The translations under genes and the position numbers were made by a program. Source: Bispira polyomma (taxonomy: Eukaryota). Taken from it: DNA of 64,000 nucleotides. Below, piece after piece: positions 35,059 through 47,000 of this stretch. Under the pieces are notes generated by a model. It saw only the letters and a program-made list of their open reading frames with translations, was not told where the DNA came from and searched no databases. The stretch lies in the NCBI GenBank assembly GCA_965649765.1, contig OZ287753.1:77872001-77936000 (forward strand), read 5' to 3'. The stretch's first letter is position 1. Every line of letters starts with the position of its first letter.

Positions 35059-38000
35059 CTATTTCTTACCTCTGCCTCCTCCTTTTTTCCCTCCTTTTTT
35101 CCCTCCTTTCTTTCCCCCACCCTTCCTTCCCCCACCCTTCATTCCCTTGGCTTTGCCCCCACCACGCCTACGTTTTTTCTTGGGTGCTTTTCCTTTCTTT
35201 TTGCCACCTTTCTTTCCACCTTTCTTTTTACCTTTCTCGCCTTTTCCTCTGCCCTTTTTTCCTTTACCTGCCCCCTTGGCCCGCCCTTTGCCAGCACCCT
35301 TACCCCTGGCCGCCCCACCCCGACCACCTCTCCCCTGTGACCCCCCTCTACCGCCTCTCCCCTGTGACCCCCCTCTACCACCCCTCCCACGTGACCCCCC
35401 TCTACCACCCCCTCTTCCCGCACCTCCTCCCCGGGCTACTCCACCACGCCCTCCTGGCTTAGCTACAGCTCCCCGACCCCCACCTACACCTCTACCACCT
35501 CCTGCACCCCTACCACGTCCTGCACCTCTACCACCTGGAGCACCTTTCCCACCTGGAGCACCTTTCCCACCAGGAGCACCTTTTCCACCTGGAGCACCTT
35601 TTCCACCTTCTTTACCACCACCTTTACCTTTTCCATCCTTGCCTTTCCCATCCTTACCTTTGCCTTTCCCATCCTTACCTTTGCCTTTCCCATCCTTACC
35701 TTTGCCTTTCCCATCCTTGCCTTTCCCATCCTTACCTTTGCCTTTCCCATCCTTACCTTTACCTTTCCCCTTGTCTTTGCCCCCCCCTTTCCCACCTTCA
35801 CCTCCTCCATCCCCACCGTCCCCTCCGTCATCATTGCCTCCACCCCCGCCCTGTCCTTGTATCAGGTCCTTGATCTCCTTTGCTGTACCCAACATCTCCA
35901 TAAGCCTGAGGGGCTTCTCCTCCTCTTTGGCTTGTTCCAGCCTTGGATCTGGGTTGGCTGGATACCTGGACTTGTGGTACTGTGGTGTGCCGTACCTCTG
36001 GCTACCATGTGGTGGTACCCTTTGGGATGTAGAGGCTCCGGAAGGATGATGATGGCCAGCAGAAGTCCCTTGATGAGGGCCACCACCCTGATGACCACCA
36101 TATGGTTGACCATACATGCCTTGACCACTCGCACCAGTTTGACCATACCTCTGTACTGCATTCTGACTTTGTCCTGGATGACCAGCTTCAGGTCGTGCTC
36201 CTTGACCATAACTATGGACACCTGCTGGACTATTTGCAGCAACTTGAACATGGGCGTCATGGCGATTCGGACCATGAGCTTCCTGCGGATAGCTTCCATG
36301 TTGACGAGGGTGATCATCTGATCTTCCGAATGGCGTGTTAGTGCCGTATTGGTCTCTAGGTCGGGAATCTTTACCATAGAGGATTCTCTCCGTGAGAGCA
36401 CTGGTCAGAGCACCAGTGACTTCACCGAGAATACCTGTGCACACATGAATAGATAGTGGAACCTCTATTATCTGAACAGACTCACATATGCTGGCTACTA
36501 CCATATTTGGGGTATACTGACAAATCAAACTGATTGGCAATTTTTATTTATTAATCAAAGATGTTTTTGTTACTGTAATGTACAAATTATTTTGCCTAAT
36601 TTTAACACCGGACTGTATAATTCATTAATTGCAGATCCATTTTTAGGGCAAAATATAGTATATTTTGCACAAAGGAGGACATAATACCAGAAATCGTTTG
36701 AGATTGCCGACGGCCTTATTGTGGGTAAATTGTTTGTCCACATCTACAAGTTTCATTGTTTCGGTTTCACAGGTGCTTATATTGATAAGGGACAAGATAC
36801 ACATATCAATATTATAAAATAAACATATCTTATTTTAGAGCAGGTCTGATGTTCTTCTGTATTTGATCAAACTAACACCTTTCCTCATCCTAGTATAACA
36901 TTTTACAGTGGTTTTTACTTGTAAATCCAAATATGTTGTTCATTGTCAATATATTGAATCAAACATTTAGAAAAATCTAACTGAAATAGATTGCTACATG
37001 CATGCAAAACGTGCTGAGTAATTATTCAGAAAATCATTCATGAATTTTCATTACTCCAAGTTACAAATCTTTCATATCTTTTCTGTACAAACCCTACCTC
37101 TTGTTTGTCCAGGCTGATAAAGTCTGCCGCCATAACCATCTCCGTCATATGGTCTCTCTACAACAAAATAAGACATTGGAAGATTGTAACTACACCCCAG
37201 ACGGGACAGCATCAAGTGTAGTAAATAAGACATTGGTAGATTGCAACTACACCATAGCTGTGACAGCCTCAAGTGTAGTAAATAAGACACTAATAGATTG
37301 CAACTACACCCTAGCTGGGACAGCATCAAGTGTAGTAAATAAGACACTGGTATATTCTAACTACACCCTAGCTGGGACAGCATTAAATGTAAATAAGACA
37401 CTAATAGATTGTAACTACACCCTAGCTGGGACAGCATCAAATGTAGTAAATAAGACACTGGTAGATTGTAACTACACCCTAGCTGGGACAGCATCAAATA
37501 AATTACACATTGTCATGTCTTTCTATCTCTGTGTATCTGTATTAGTGAAATAAATATATGACAAAAAATAGATATAACTAGACCTAGCGCATCAGAGAAC
37601 AAGTGCATATTTGTATCCACCAGAAAGATGAACTACCCTAGGTAGCAAGTACCCTAGCTAGCACCTAAGCTAGAAGCATATGATTTCCTATAGCGCATTC
37701 ATGCTAAAGCCTTAAATGGCACAAGTGGGTTTCACATTGCAAAACTGTGGGACCAATAATAAGTGTGAGATAGGCACTTTAAAGTTTGGCCTATCCGTTT
37801 GACCTTGCAAATGACCTTGAACGAGGGGCTCAAGGCCAAATCGTACCACATCAAAAGATTCCCAGGCCATGATTTCTTATAGGTTGGTTTTACATCCATA
37901 TCTTGTTTGACCAAAAATAAGCGAGATATAGGCACTTTTAAGTTTGGCTATCCGCATTCAACCTTGAACGAGGGGCCCAAGGTCAAATCTGAGCACATCA

Positions 38001-41000
38001 AAAGATTTCCTGCTTATGATTTTTTATAGGTTGGTTTCAGATCCCAAACGTTTAGGTCCAATATTAGGCCAGATATAGGCATTTTTAAGTTTGACCAAAA
38101 TCGGTCACTTAGGGGTACTTTGGGACTCTGTCGATGACCTTGAATGAGGAGATTCAATGTCAATTGTCTGCATGCTTATACAGGACAGATATATCGTTAA
38201 ACATATCACCTGTAAAGAGATTCAACCTTCTACAGCTGAGAAACAGACACAGTTAAAAGCCTGATTATTTTCAAAAAAAGGCCCGTGGTGGCCATGTTGT
38301 TTTTCAAAATGAGGCCAAAACAACCACTAAAACTAATACACTCAAAGGTGAACATAACCACTGAATTAAAACACTTCTCTCCGGGCACATAAAAACTTTC
38401 AAACGTGTACTAAAACCCTTAAATATCAAAAGTTTGCCTGAACATAATGCATACCACCTAATTTTATGGTTCAATGTGGTTTGATTATCATTTTCTATTT
38501 AAAAAGCCCTAACTTTTACACTATACATACTTTTGGCGGCACACTTTTTAATTACCTTGTTCATGTCGCTTCTGTTCATAGGATCTATCAGAACCATCTC
38601 TTCTGTTAGAGACTACAATTAAAATAAGACATGTATAGTAGGCATCAGAGCACCGTGGGAGAAAGCAAGATTTTGTATGGATAATAGAAATACAATAAAA
38701 TAGAAAAGGCATTTTGGTGATAAAACAATAGTAAAAACAGACTTATCAGAGTTCTTAAAGGTGAATATTTGAAACAGTTTGTATAATAGAGTTTCTACTG
38801 TACGTACAGCATAAACTTAGAAATCGCTCTATCTCATGCTATTTCCAAGATAACAGACTTTTTTGGAAAATGCTCAGAAATTCAAGATGGCTGCCAAAAT
38901 CAGACAATGTCTTAAAAGTTGCTATACACTCCTCAAAATGTGCCCTGTGGGTCGAAAATGAGTTGGAAATCGCTCTCTTTCCCACTGTTTTGGAGATAAC
39001 AGATGTTGTTTTGAAAACCCTGAATTTTGGACATTTTCAAACCTCATATCACCATATCTCAGTAACAATCGCACATTTTTTGACAGGTTAAAAAATCAAT
39101 GAAAATGGAGTCTTTTTTCCAAAACGTTCACGCGGCATATACTGGTCTAAAATAAAAAATAAAACAAGATGTGAATGCCTGAATGGGCCTATTGTCAGCA
39201 GAAAAAAAGCAAGTCAGTTAAATGGAATTACAAGTGATCCTTTTTAAAATACAACACAAAATACTGGAAATGTACATTTATGACCCCAGTTTGACTTAAA
39301 TCCAAAGACGAATGTCTAATCAGAACAGTGCATTCGATTGCCTCACCCTGGGTTCATATTGGCTCAAATTATATTCCAAGTCTCTAAACCCAACAGTTAA
39401 TGAAATATTTGACATTTTATGAAACTGAACAAACAAATTTAAATTCATAACCTTAAAATTACAAAACTGAGCACTATGCCATGAGCAATTTTAATATACA
39501 TGTGGTAAGGTATATGTATGCAAAATTACAGACTGATCACTTCAGTGGTTCTAGAGAAAAAGATTGCCAAAGAAAGTGCCGTTTGTACAGAAGATATTCA
39601 AAGAAGACCATGCAGTAGCAAGAAAACCAGACGTGAAAACAAATAAGCACCTTTTTTAAGGGACACTTAATTACCTTGTTCATGTCGCTTCTGTTCATAA
39701 GATCTGTCAGAATCATCTCTTCTGTTAGAGGCTAAAATCAAAGTAAGACATGCATAGTATGCAACTGATCATGTTGAGAGATAGTAAAAAAAAAAAAAAA
39801 TGTAAATGCCAGGGTTATAGTCTGATATCACTACTCTTGAGGTCCTAGCTGACTTTACAGTTTACACCCCAGCCTGGGTTCTTTCACTTGTCAACCAATT
39901 GTTCAGTCTCAGCTCCCTCAGGGAGCATACTAGTAATGTTGCCACATACGGCACACAAAGACTAACACCCATTAGCAGCCAGGTACCCATTGATACACCT
40001 GGGTAGAGAGGAACAACTTTGTATAGGGCACCTTGTCCAAGGGTACAATCTCCAGGCCGCAGGAGAGGATAGAACCCTGGCTCTCAAGATACCTGAGATT
40101 AAAAGTCTGACACCCTAACCATTAGACCACAGATAGCAAGATTTTGTATGGATAATAGAAGGTCCGTCAAATAGAAGAGGCATTTTTGTGATAAAAAGAT
40201 AGTAAAAACAGACATTTGAAAGACTAACAGAGAGTTCTTAAAATTACATATTTGTCAAATAAAAGTTTGTATAATAGAGTTTCTACTGTAGGTACAGCAT
40301 TAGTGGTGTCATCACAGGCGACGATTGCACACATTCACCGGTGATAATGTGCCGGGGTGATAATTGGGAGTTTACAAATGTGCGCAATGCATCTCACAAA
40401 AAAATGATTATATATATACATTTGAAGCACATGGATTAGAAAGTAAAATATTTTGCAATATATATTTTATCAAATATCTATATACCTTGGAAGTAAACAT
40501 ATATACATATCTTATATACCATCGAGGATCCGACGTCTATATTAGAAGGAAGCAATTAACGAAACTTCCCGAAAATGGCTTTGATCTTTAACTCCGGAAC
40601 ATATATTAGTGTATGATATTTGAAGGAAGCAATTTACCGAATTTTTTCGTGGAATAAATTAGTGATCTCACCAGCTGTTTCATTGATGGATATTATGCTG
40701 CACTGTACGTATACTTGCTCGTTAGGAGCACCCCAAAGCACCAACTTCCAAAAAGGATATTTAACTTTGACTCGGCAGTAATCACTCACATACAGGGGGG
40801 GGGGACAGCGATTCGCTCGAAATTCACGGAATTTTAACAAATATGAGTAAAAGAACAAAAAGTTGAGGCAATTTACTGGTAATTTGTGAAGGTCGTTTCA
40901 TTGCATATAAATCTGACTGGTATCCAGATACATTAAGGTACTTCTGATGAATTTTAACCACAAGTTAGAAACTAAAGTCACTGGGTTAATATAGATTAGA

Positions 41001-44000
41001 ATTGGACAGCATTTCGCCATTTTCAAACAATAGCAAAATATTTAGATTAAAATATTACCAATAAGTTTGATTAACAATAATAATTATATTATGAAATAGT
41101 TTATGTACACGATACACAATATGAGAAACAGAAAAAAAAACCCCAATACAGCCCAATAACCAATCATTAGTACTGTCTAATCATCAACCTCAAATTTTGT
41201 GCAGTACCACTGTTTATTTAGCGGTACTTTAAATTCATTTAAAATTTATTTAGGCAGACAGTATTCAATATATTTGTGGTGTAGGCATGTGTATGTTATA
41301 TGATGTTACAATGCGAAAATAATTCCTTTAAAATGAATATTATACAGTGATTAGGTGTAATAACCATATTAATGGTAAAATGCTGTCCACCACGAATTGC
41401 TGTCTCCCCCTGTATATTACCTTATATCTGTTTTTTTAATGCTGTGGTTATTATATACGCAGATATACTCTCAGATATTCAAACTACAATATAACAATAT
41501 ATGTTAGGTGATCTCCTACATACACAGCAAACACAAGTTACAGGTATAAGTTATTTTAATTTATGTGACTGCAACCTATAAAAACAAAGTCGGGGATATA
41601 ATTATTTAGAACCTTAGCAAAATATTTTACTTTCAAAATGACGATAAATACCGCGATATCGCTCACGGTCCACTCTACAACATCGATCTGCAATATAAAT
41701 TGGCGATGTCACCACTATACAGCATAGACTTAGAAATCGTTCTAAAAATTAAATATTCGGAAATAAAAGTTTGTATAATAGAGTTTCTACTGTAGGTACA
41801 GGATAGACTTGGAAAGAATCTTAAAATTAAGTATTCTGAAATAGAAATTTGTATAATATGCTATCCTACTGTAGATACAGGATAGACTTAGACTGTGTTG
41901 GGAGAGATTTAGTTTGGATAAGAGAAGGTTTACATAAAATAGAAGAGGCAAATTAGTTTTTCAGTAAACAAGAGGAAAACATATATATTTGGAATAGTCC
42001 AAAGGGGGAGTTTATAAAATTGCCTATATTGGATAATAGAAGGTACCAATAATTAAGACTGCTGCGAATATACACAAATATGTATTCAAAGCTTCGTTGG
42101 CCATTAATCTATTTGGTATTCAGTATTCGATGAATAGTAAAACTATATAAATAATAAATATAAATTACAACTATATTATTTTATCACTAAAACCTTATGG
42201 TTCGCTGTATTTAACCAAATATATATCCATATAAATAAAGATCAGTGAGTGTACACTAACTTAAAGTCATTTTATTTCATTGTAAGGACTATTGGTTATC
42301 TTTAAGTATATTGGTACGTTCAAGTGTCTCAGTACCTGCATCTATCCAAGGAAACAAACTTAAAACAAAGCTATACTGTTAAAAGCACATATATTCAAGA
42401 CGTAAGCACGAAAGCATGGCTAAATCAAATAGGTTATTTTAGGAAGACCCTTAGAAGTTTTTATACATAATAATGTTTTGGTGTAACTATAATTCATTTA
42501 CTTAAATATGTATTTATTGACTTGTAACAGGCTTCTTCCGATTATCAATTTGCATATTTTGTATTCAAGTAATTGTTTTACTCTCGTTGTGGATTATTAT
42601 TTTGCTATTCGTGGCAGTCTTACCGATAATAAAGGTTCTACTATCATTCTTTACATATACACCACTGGGGTAGTAGTTTTACCAGTATCTATATTGATCC
42701 TTCCTGACAACCTACCCTGTTGAGACCTCTCAGATGGTTGCCTTCTGTCAGATGGAACTCTCTTCATACGGGGGGAATGATAACCTGATTACAATTAGAC
42801 AGTAAAACTCTATTAAAATAGAACTAATGAATTTTCCTTAATATATCTTTAATGAAAAAATTCAATGAAACTACATTTAAACACAGGAATTTTTTTTCAA
42901 ATAGTTTTAAATGTTTAACTTACTTTGTATCTGTCAATGGAAGTTGGAGCTGCAATAAAATTTCACCTATTTTCACCAATGTCCAGTTCTTATTCACTTC
43001 ACAAAGAAACTGAGTTTGACTAATGAAAAATTAATCAGTTGACAGATAAATAAAACACATTTAAATTTTCTTTGGAGATTAATTTCCACTATGGTACCTG
43101 ATTAGTCAAGAACAATTTCTATGAAAAATCCCAGGTGAAATAAACAAAAACTGACAAAAAAAACCTGGAATTTAGGTAATTAAGGCAAAATAGTCACAAA
43201 AATCTCAATTTTAGCAAATATTACCCACAATTCTACCAAAAACACAACATTTTCTATATGCAGTGGCGAATTTTGAACTCCTTACTCTGACCTTTTCTTC
43301 ATTGCACAATTAAGTGTAGCCAACCAGCACTATTAACTGTCATTCATTTACTTGAAGACAGAGGCTAGAGGATGACACCATTTATATCAATGTCCCGATG
43401 GTCATTTAGCCTGCCACTGGGAGGATGGGACCCAAAGACAGAGAACAATGCCATTGTCAGTAAGTCATCCAAGCCACTATATATCTGCCTGTATCTGTTC
43501 ACCTAAGGTTCCTTTAGCCTGCCACTGGGAGGATGGGACCCAAAGACAGAGAACAACATCATTATAAGTAGGTCATCCGAGCCACTAGATATCTGCATGT
43601 ATCTGTTAGCCTCAGGCTGGGATCGAACTGAGGTCCTATGTTTCTAAGTGAGTGTGTTACCCACTGGGCCACAGTGGCAGATAAAAGATAGAATGTACTT
43701 GAGTGTATAACATTTACGTGAAGCAATTATTTGTACGAAACAATTAATAGCATTCAAAAGGAAATGTTGTTATTGTAACAATTGCACCACTCCTGCATTG
43801 TTTATAATTGTAATATTATAATACAGGCAAATCAATTTAAGTAGAACTCCGATAAGTGGAATTACCTGTTATGTAGAAGTTATTTAAAAGTCCCATTGCT
43901 ATATTTTTAATTCAAATTTACCCTGTTAAATAATATTTCTATTAATTAGAACAAATTTTTATGCTCCCTTTAGATTCGACCTAACAGGTTTCCACTGTAC

Positions 44001-47000
44001 ATATTGAAAAAAAATATATATATAAAATAAAAAATAATAATATAACACTGAACACTTTAACCTGATTCAGAGATAACTGTTGCTCTGTCCCGATTGGCCG
44101 ATTCCTTTCTTATCAAAGTGTCGATTTGTTTGGTAGAAGAACCTTGCAGTGACGAAGGTAGAGATTTAACTCTGGCGAGACTTGTGGCAGATCTTAATGG
44201 GGAGGTCTGTCTGTTAGGGGTCGAGCAGAACTCTGAAGAATACAATAAAAAGTCAATTAACTCTTTTTGCCCTTAGCTTGTCAACAAGTAGTTGACAGCA
44301 TTCGTTACTCTTAGAACCTATGTCTATCGGCAAGCAGTCGACACCCAAAAAAATATTATTTTAAGTTAGTTCCTCACAATAGGAAATTGTTAGTACAGCA
44401 GACTTATACATGAGACCGCTCTTGAATGCTGGAAGTAATCTCTGATGTGTGTGTTTTAGTGACTCCAACTATCTGTAACCAATTACCCAAAACAATTTCC
44501 TTCAGTTCCCGGGGAGGTCTATTCGTAGACAACTGCCCACGAACCAGGATTTGCTGATGTGACAAATACTGCCTACTACATGATAGCTTTCCTAATTTCA
44601 GTCAAACAATTTTTTTAATAAATTCCAATTTTTATTAAATATTTGCATCTTCAAATCTTCTAGTTTAGCAACTAGCTTTTGGTCGTCATACATATTTCAA
44701 TTTTTTTTGTAATTCCATGTTTAAAGAACATGAGTGTCTTGAATTGGAATATATATAGCTTTTAGTGGATAATAGAAGAATATTGATGGTAAGGAGGTTG
44801 CTATCTGTAGTTAAATATCCTAGAATGTATTCCAAAGGAGCCAGCATTATATTAATACCTGTCTTGGTTTTAATCCATGCTTCTACCTGTTTCCAAAAAT
44901 TAAGAGTAACAGGACAAAGAGAGAAGAGATGAATTATAGATCCTGGGGAGGATTTACCCAGTTAGCGATTCAGAGATGAAACTATACATATTTTATTAAG
45001 TAGTTTCTGGGTACCAAGAATACGATGCAAAATTCTATACTCAAATCAAATAAGGTAGTTGTCCTGGATTGTTTTAAAACATGTTTTTAATGCCTGTTGC
45101 CATGTACCTTTATCAATATTCATGTCTAGCTCAGCTTTCCATATATTTTTAAAGTTCATGTCAAAGCAGGTCTTATTCAAGATTTTATAAAATCGTTTGG
45201 CTCCTTGGTTGTGACAGAACAGGACTGACAATTGATTTGGTAGACAAGGTTGTTCAAAGTTAAACTTTAAGTAGGCCAAAGATCAAATCCAAGAATTTTA
45301 AGAATATTTCTCACTCATGGTTAAGATAACTGCCAAAAATAATTTTGTTCGATATTATATTGAAGGGGATATTGAAGGAAGACCATGTGACGGCGGCAAG
45401 GAAAACTAGAGGTGAAACCAAATAAGCGCCCTTTTCAAGGGACGCTTAATAAAGATACTGGAATTCCGAAAACACATGCTATTTATTGCAAACCAGTATA
45501 AAACTATATCTATTGAATCAAAAAATAGTTTTTTTGTTAGTAAACTATTGATATTTGAGAGTTTTTGGCACTTCTTACTTGTTTCTGTGCCTAATGCACA
45601 TGTTTTAATTTGATTTTCGATTACTTCCTGTTCTTGAGGTTCCGTTCCATTTCCAGTATTTGGGTTGGATTTGGTTGTTGTGCCTTAGAATCCACTAGTA
45701 TGGAGAGTAAGCGCCATTATGAAATATATTAGATTAGATTATTTCCAGTTAAAACAATGGGTGGGCCCGAATATCAGATGTAATGTACTTCCAGCAGTTA
45801 CTCAACTTTCACTCAAGTCCCATCCTAGGGCAAGGTGGGCATTAACTGTTACCTCACCACGATTCACCAGTAAACACGAGTCGAGTGGCCCCCCCGAATG
45901 TAGCACAAGTTCTAGTGGGCATAACCACGATAGGCCGAGCTGCCAGGCACAACTTATAACCTCTAATTGCAAGTAGCAGATCCAATGAATTAATGCCATA
46001 TATTGATAGATTAATTTTTTGGGTGGTATCACTGAAACAGAAATCGTTTTTGACAAGCGATATATCTCGGACCCGAATTCTTGCTACCCACTAACTAAAA
46101 GCGGGATTTAAAATGTAGGTACGTAAAGAGTAGAAGTAAGTGTACAACAAACTCACCAGGTGTAAATGCCATGGCCTCTTCATCCTTATCATACACTCTG
46201 GAGTATTTCTTGTGTACTCCAGGTCCACTACGGATTGAGGAGAACCTGCGTAAACTACCACCGGGGGAGCGGAATCGTCTCTGAGAAGACTGCACGCTGT
46301 ACACTTCACTTCCTGCAAATATGGAATGCTCAAATAAGACAAATATAGTACTGTTTAAGTGGAACTATTAACTGAAACAACAATGTCACTATACTTCATA
46401 GTAGGGTGTGTAGTGTGTTGCTTAGAAATCAGTAGTGCGATATACACGTACTTCGATAATCCATTGACAATACGTGTAGCAATTTGCAACATATTGAATC
46501 GTAAAAACTTTGCCAAAATTAGAGCCAGTTTTAAAATCAAATGACTTTCTGTCCGCGTACAAAAGCTTCCACAGTAAAAAATGGAATCAGTAATGTTAGA
46601 AAACTGTAAACATGATAAAAATCAAAGCAATATTTAATTGATTTAATGTAGACTATAATTGCATTGTTTTACTTCTGATTCTATTGCTAACACATATCTC
46701 TTGTATGCTTTCACACTTTATTTCTAGAATACAAGAAGTAAGCAATATTTTAAGATTTTATGTAAAAAATTATTTATCCAATATGTATCGCTTTTCCAAT
46801 TTTGTATTGCACTATGTTGTAATTGAAAACATATATTGGGATATTCAATATATGGTTGCAACCTTATGATGCAATCACACTGTCCCAGTTCTCGCCATGT
46901 TTATACCAGTTTACTCCTGATCATTAGAACTTGGATGGTCGCGAGAGCATTGGGAAAAAATGTTCTTTTGCATTTGCATATCCTGTTTATGCACAGTTTT

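Noticed and set aside
35025-36401. Long Pro-rich + strand ORF (35147..36049) and several other overlapping ORFs
   Set aside because: These are antisense or alternative-frame shadows of the Gly/Lys-rich exon; low-complexity GC-skewed DNA lacks stops. Splice and poly(A) signals support only the minus-strand frame.
37072-37553. 150-aa ORF with CNYTLAGTAS repeats
   Set aside because: It is a 60-bp intronic minisatellite; only 37157-37098 on the minus strand has exon features.
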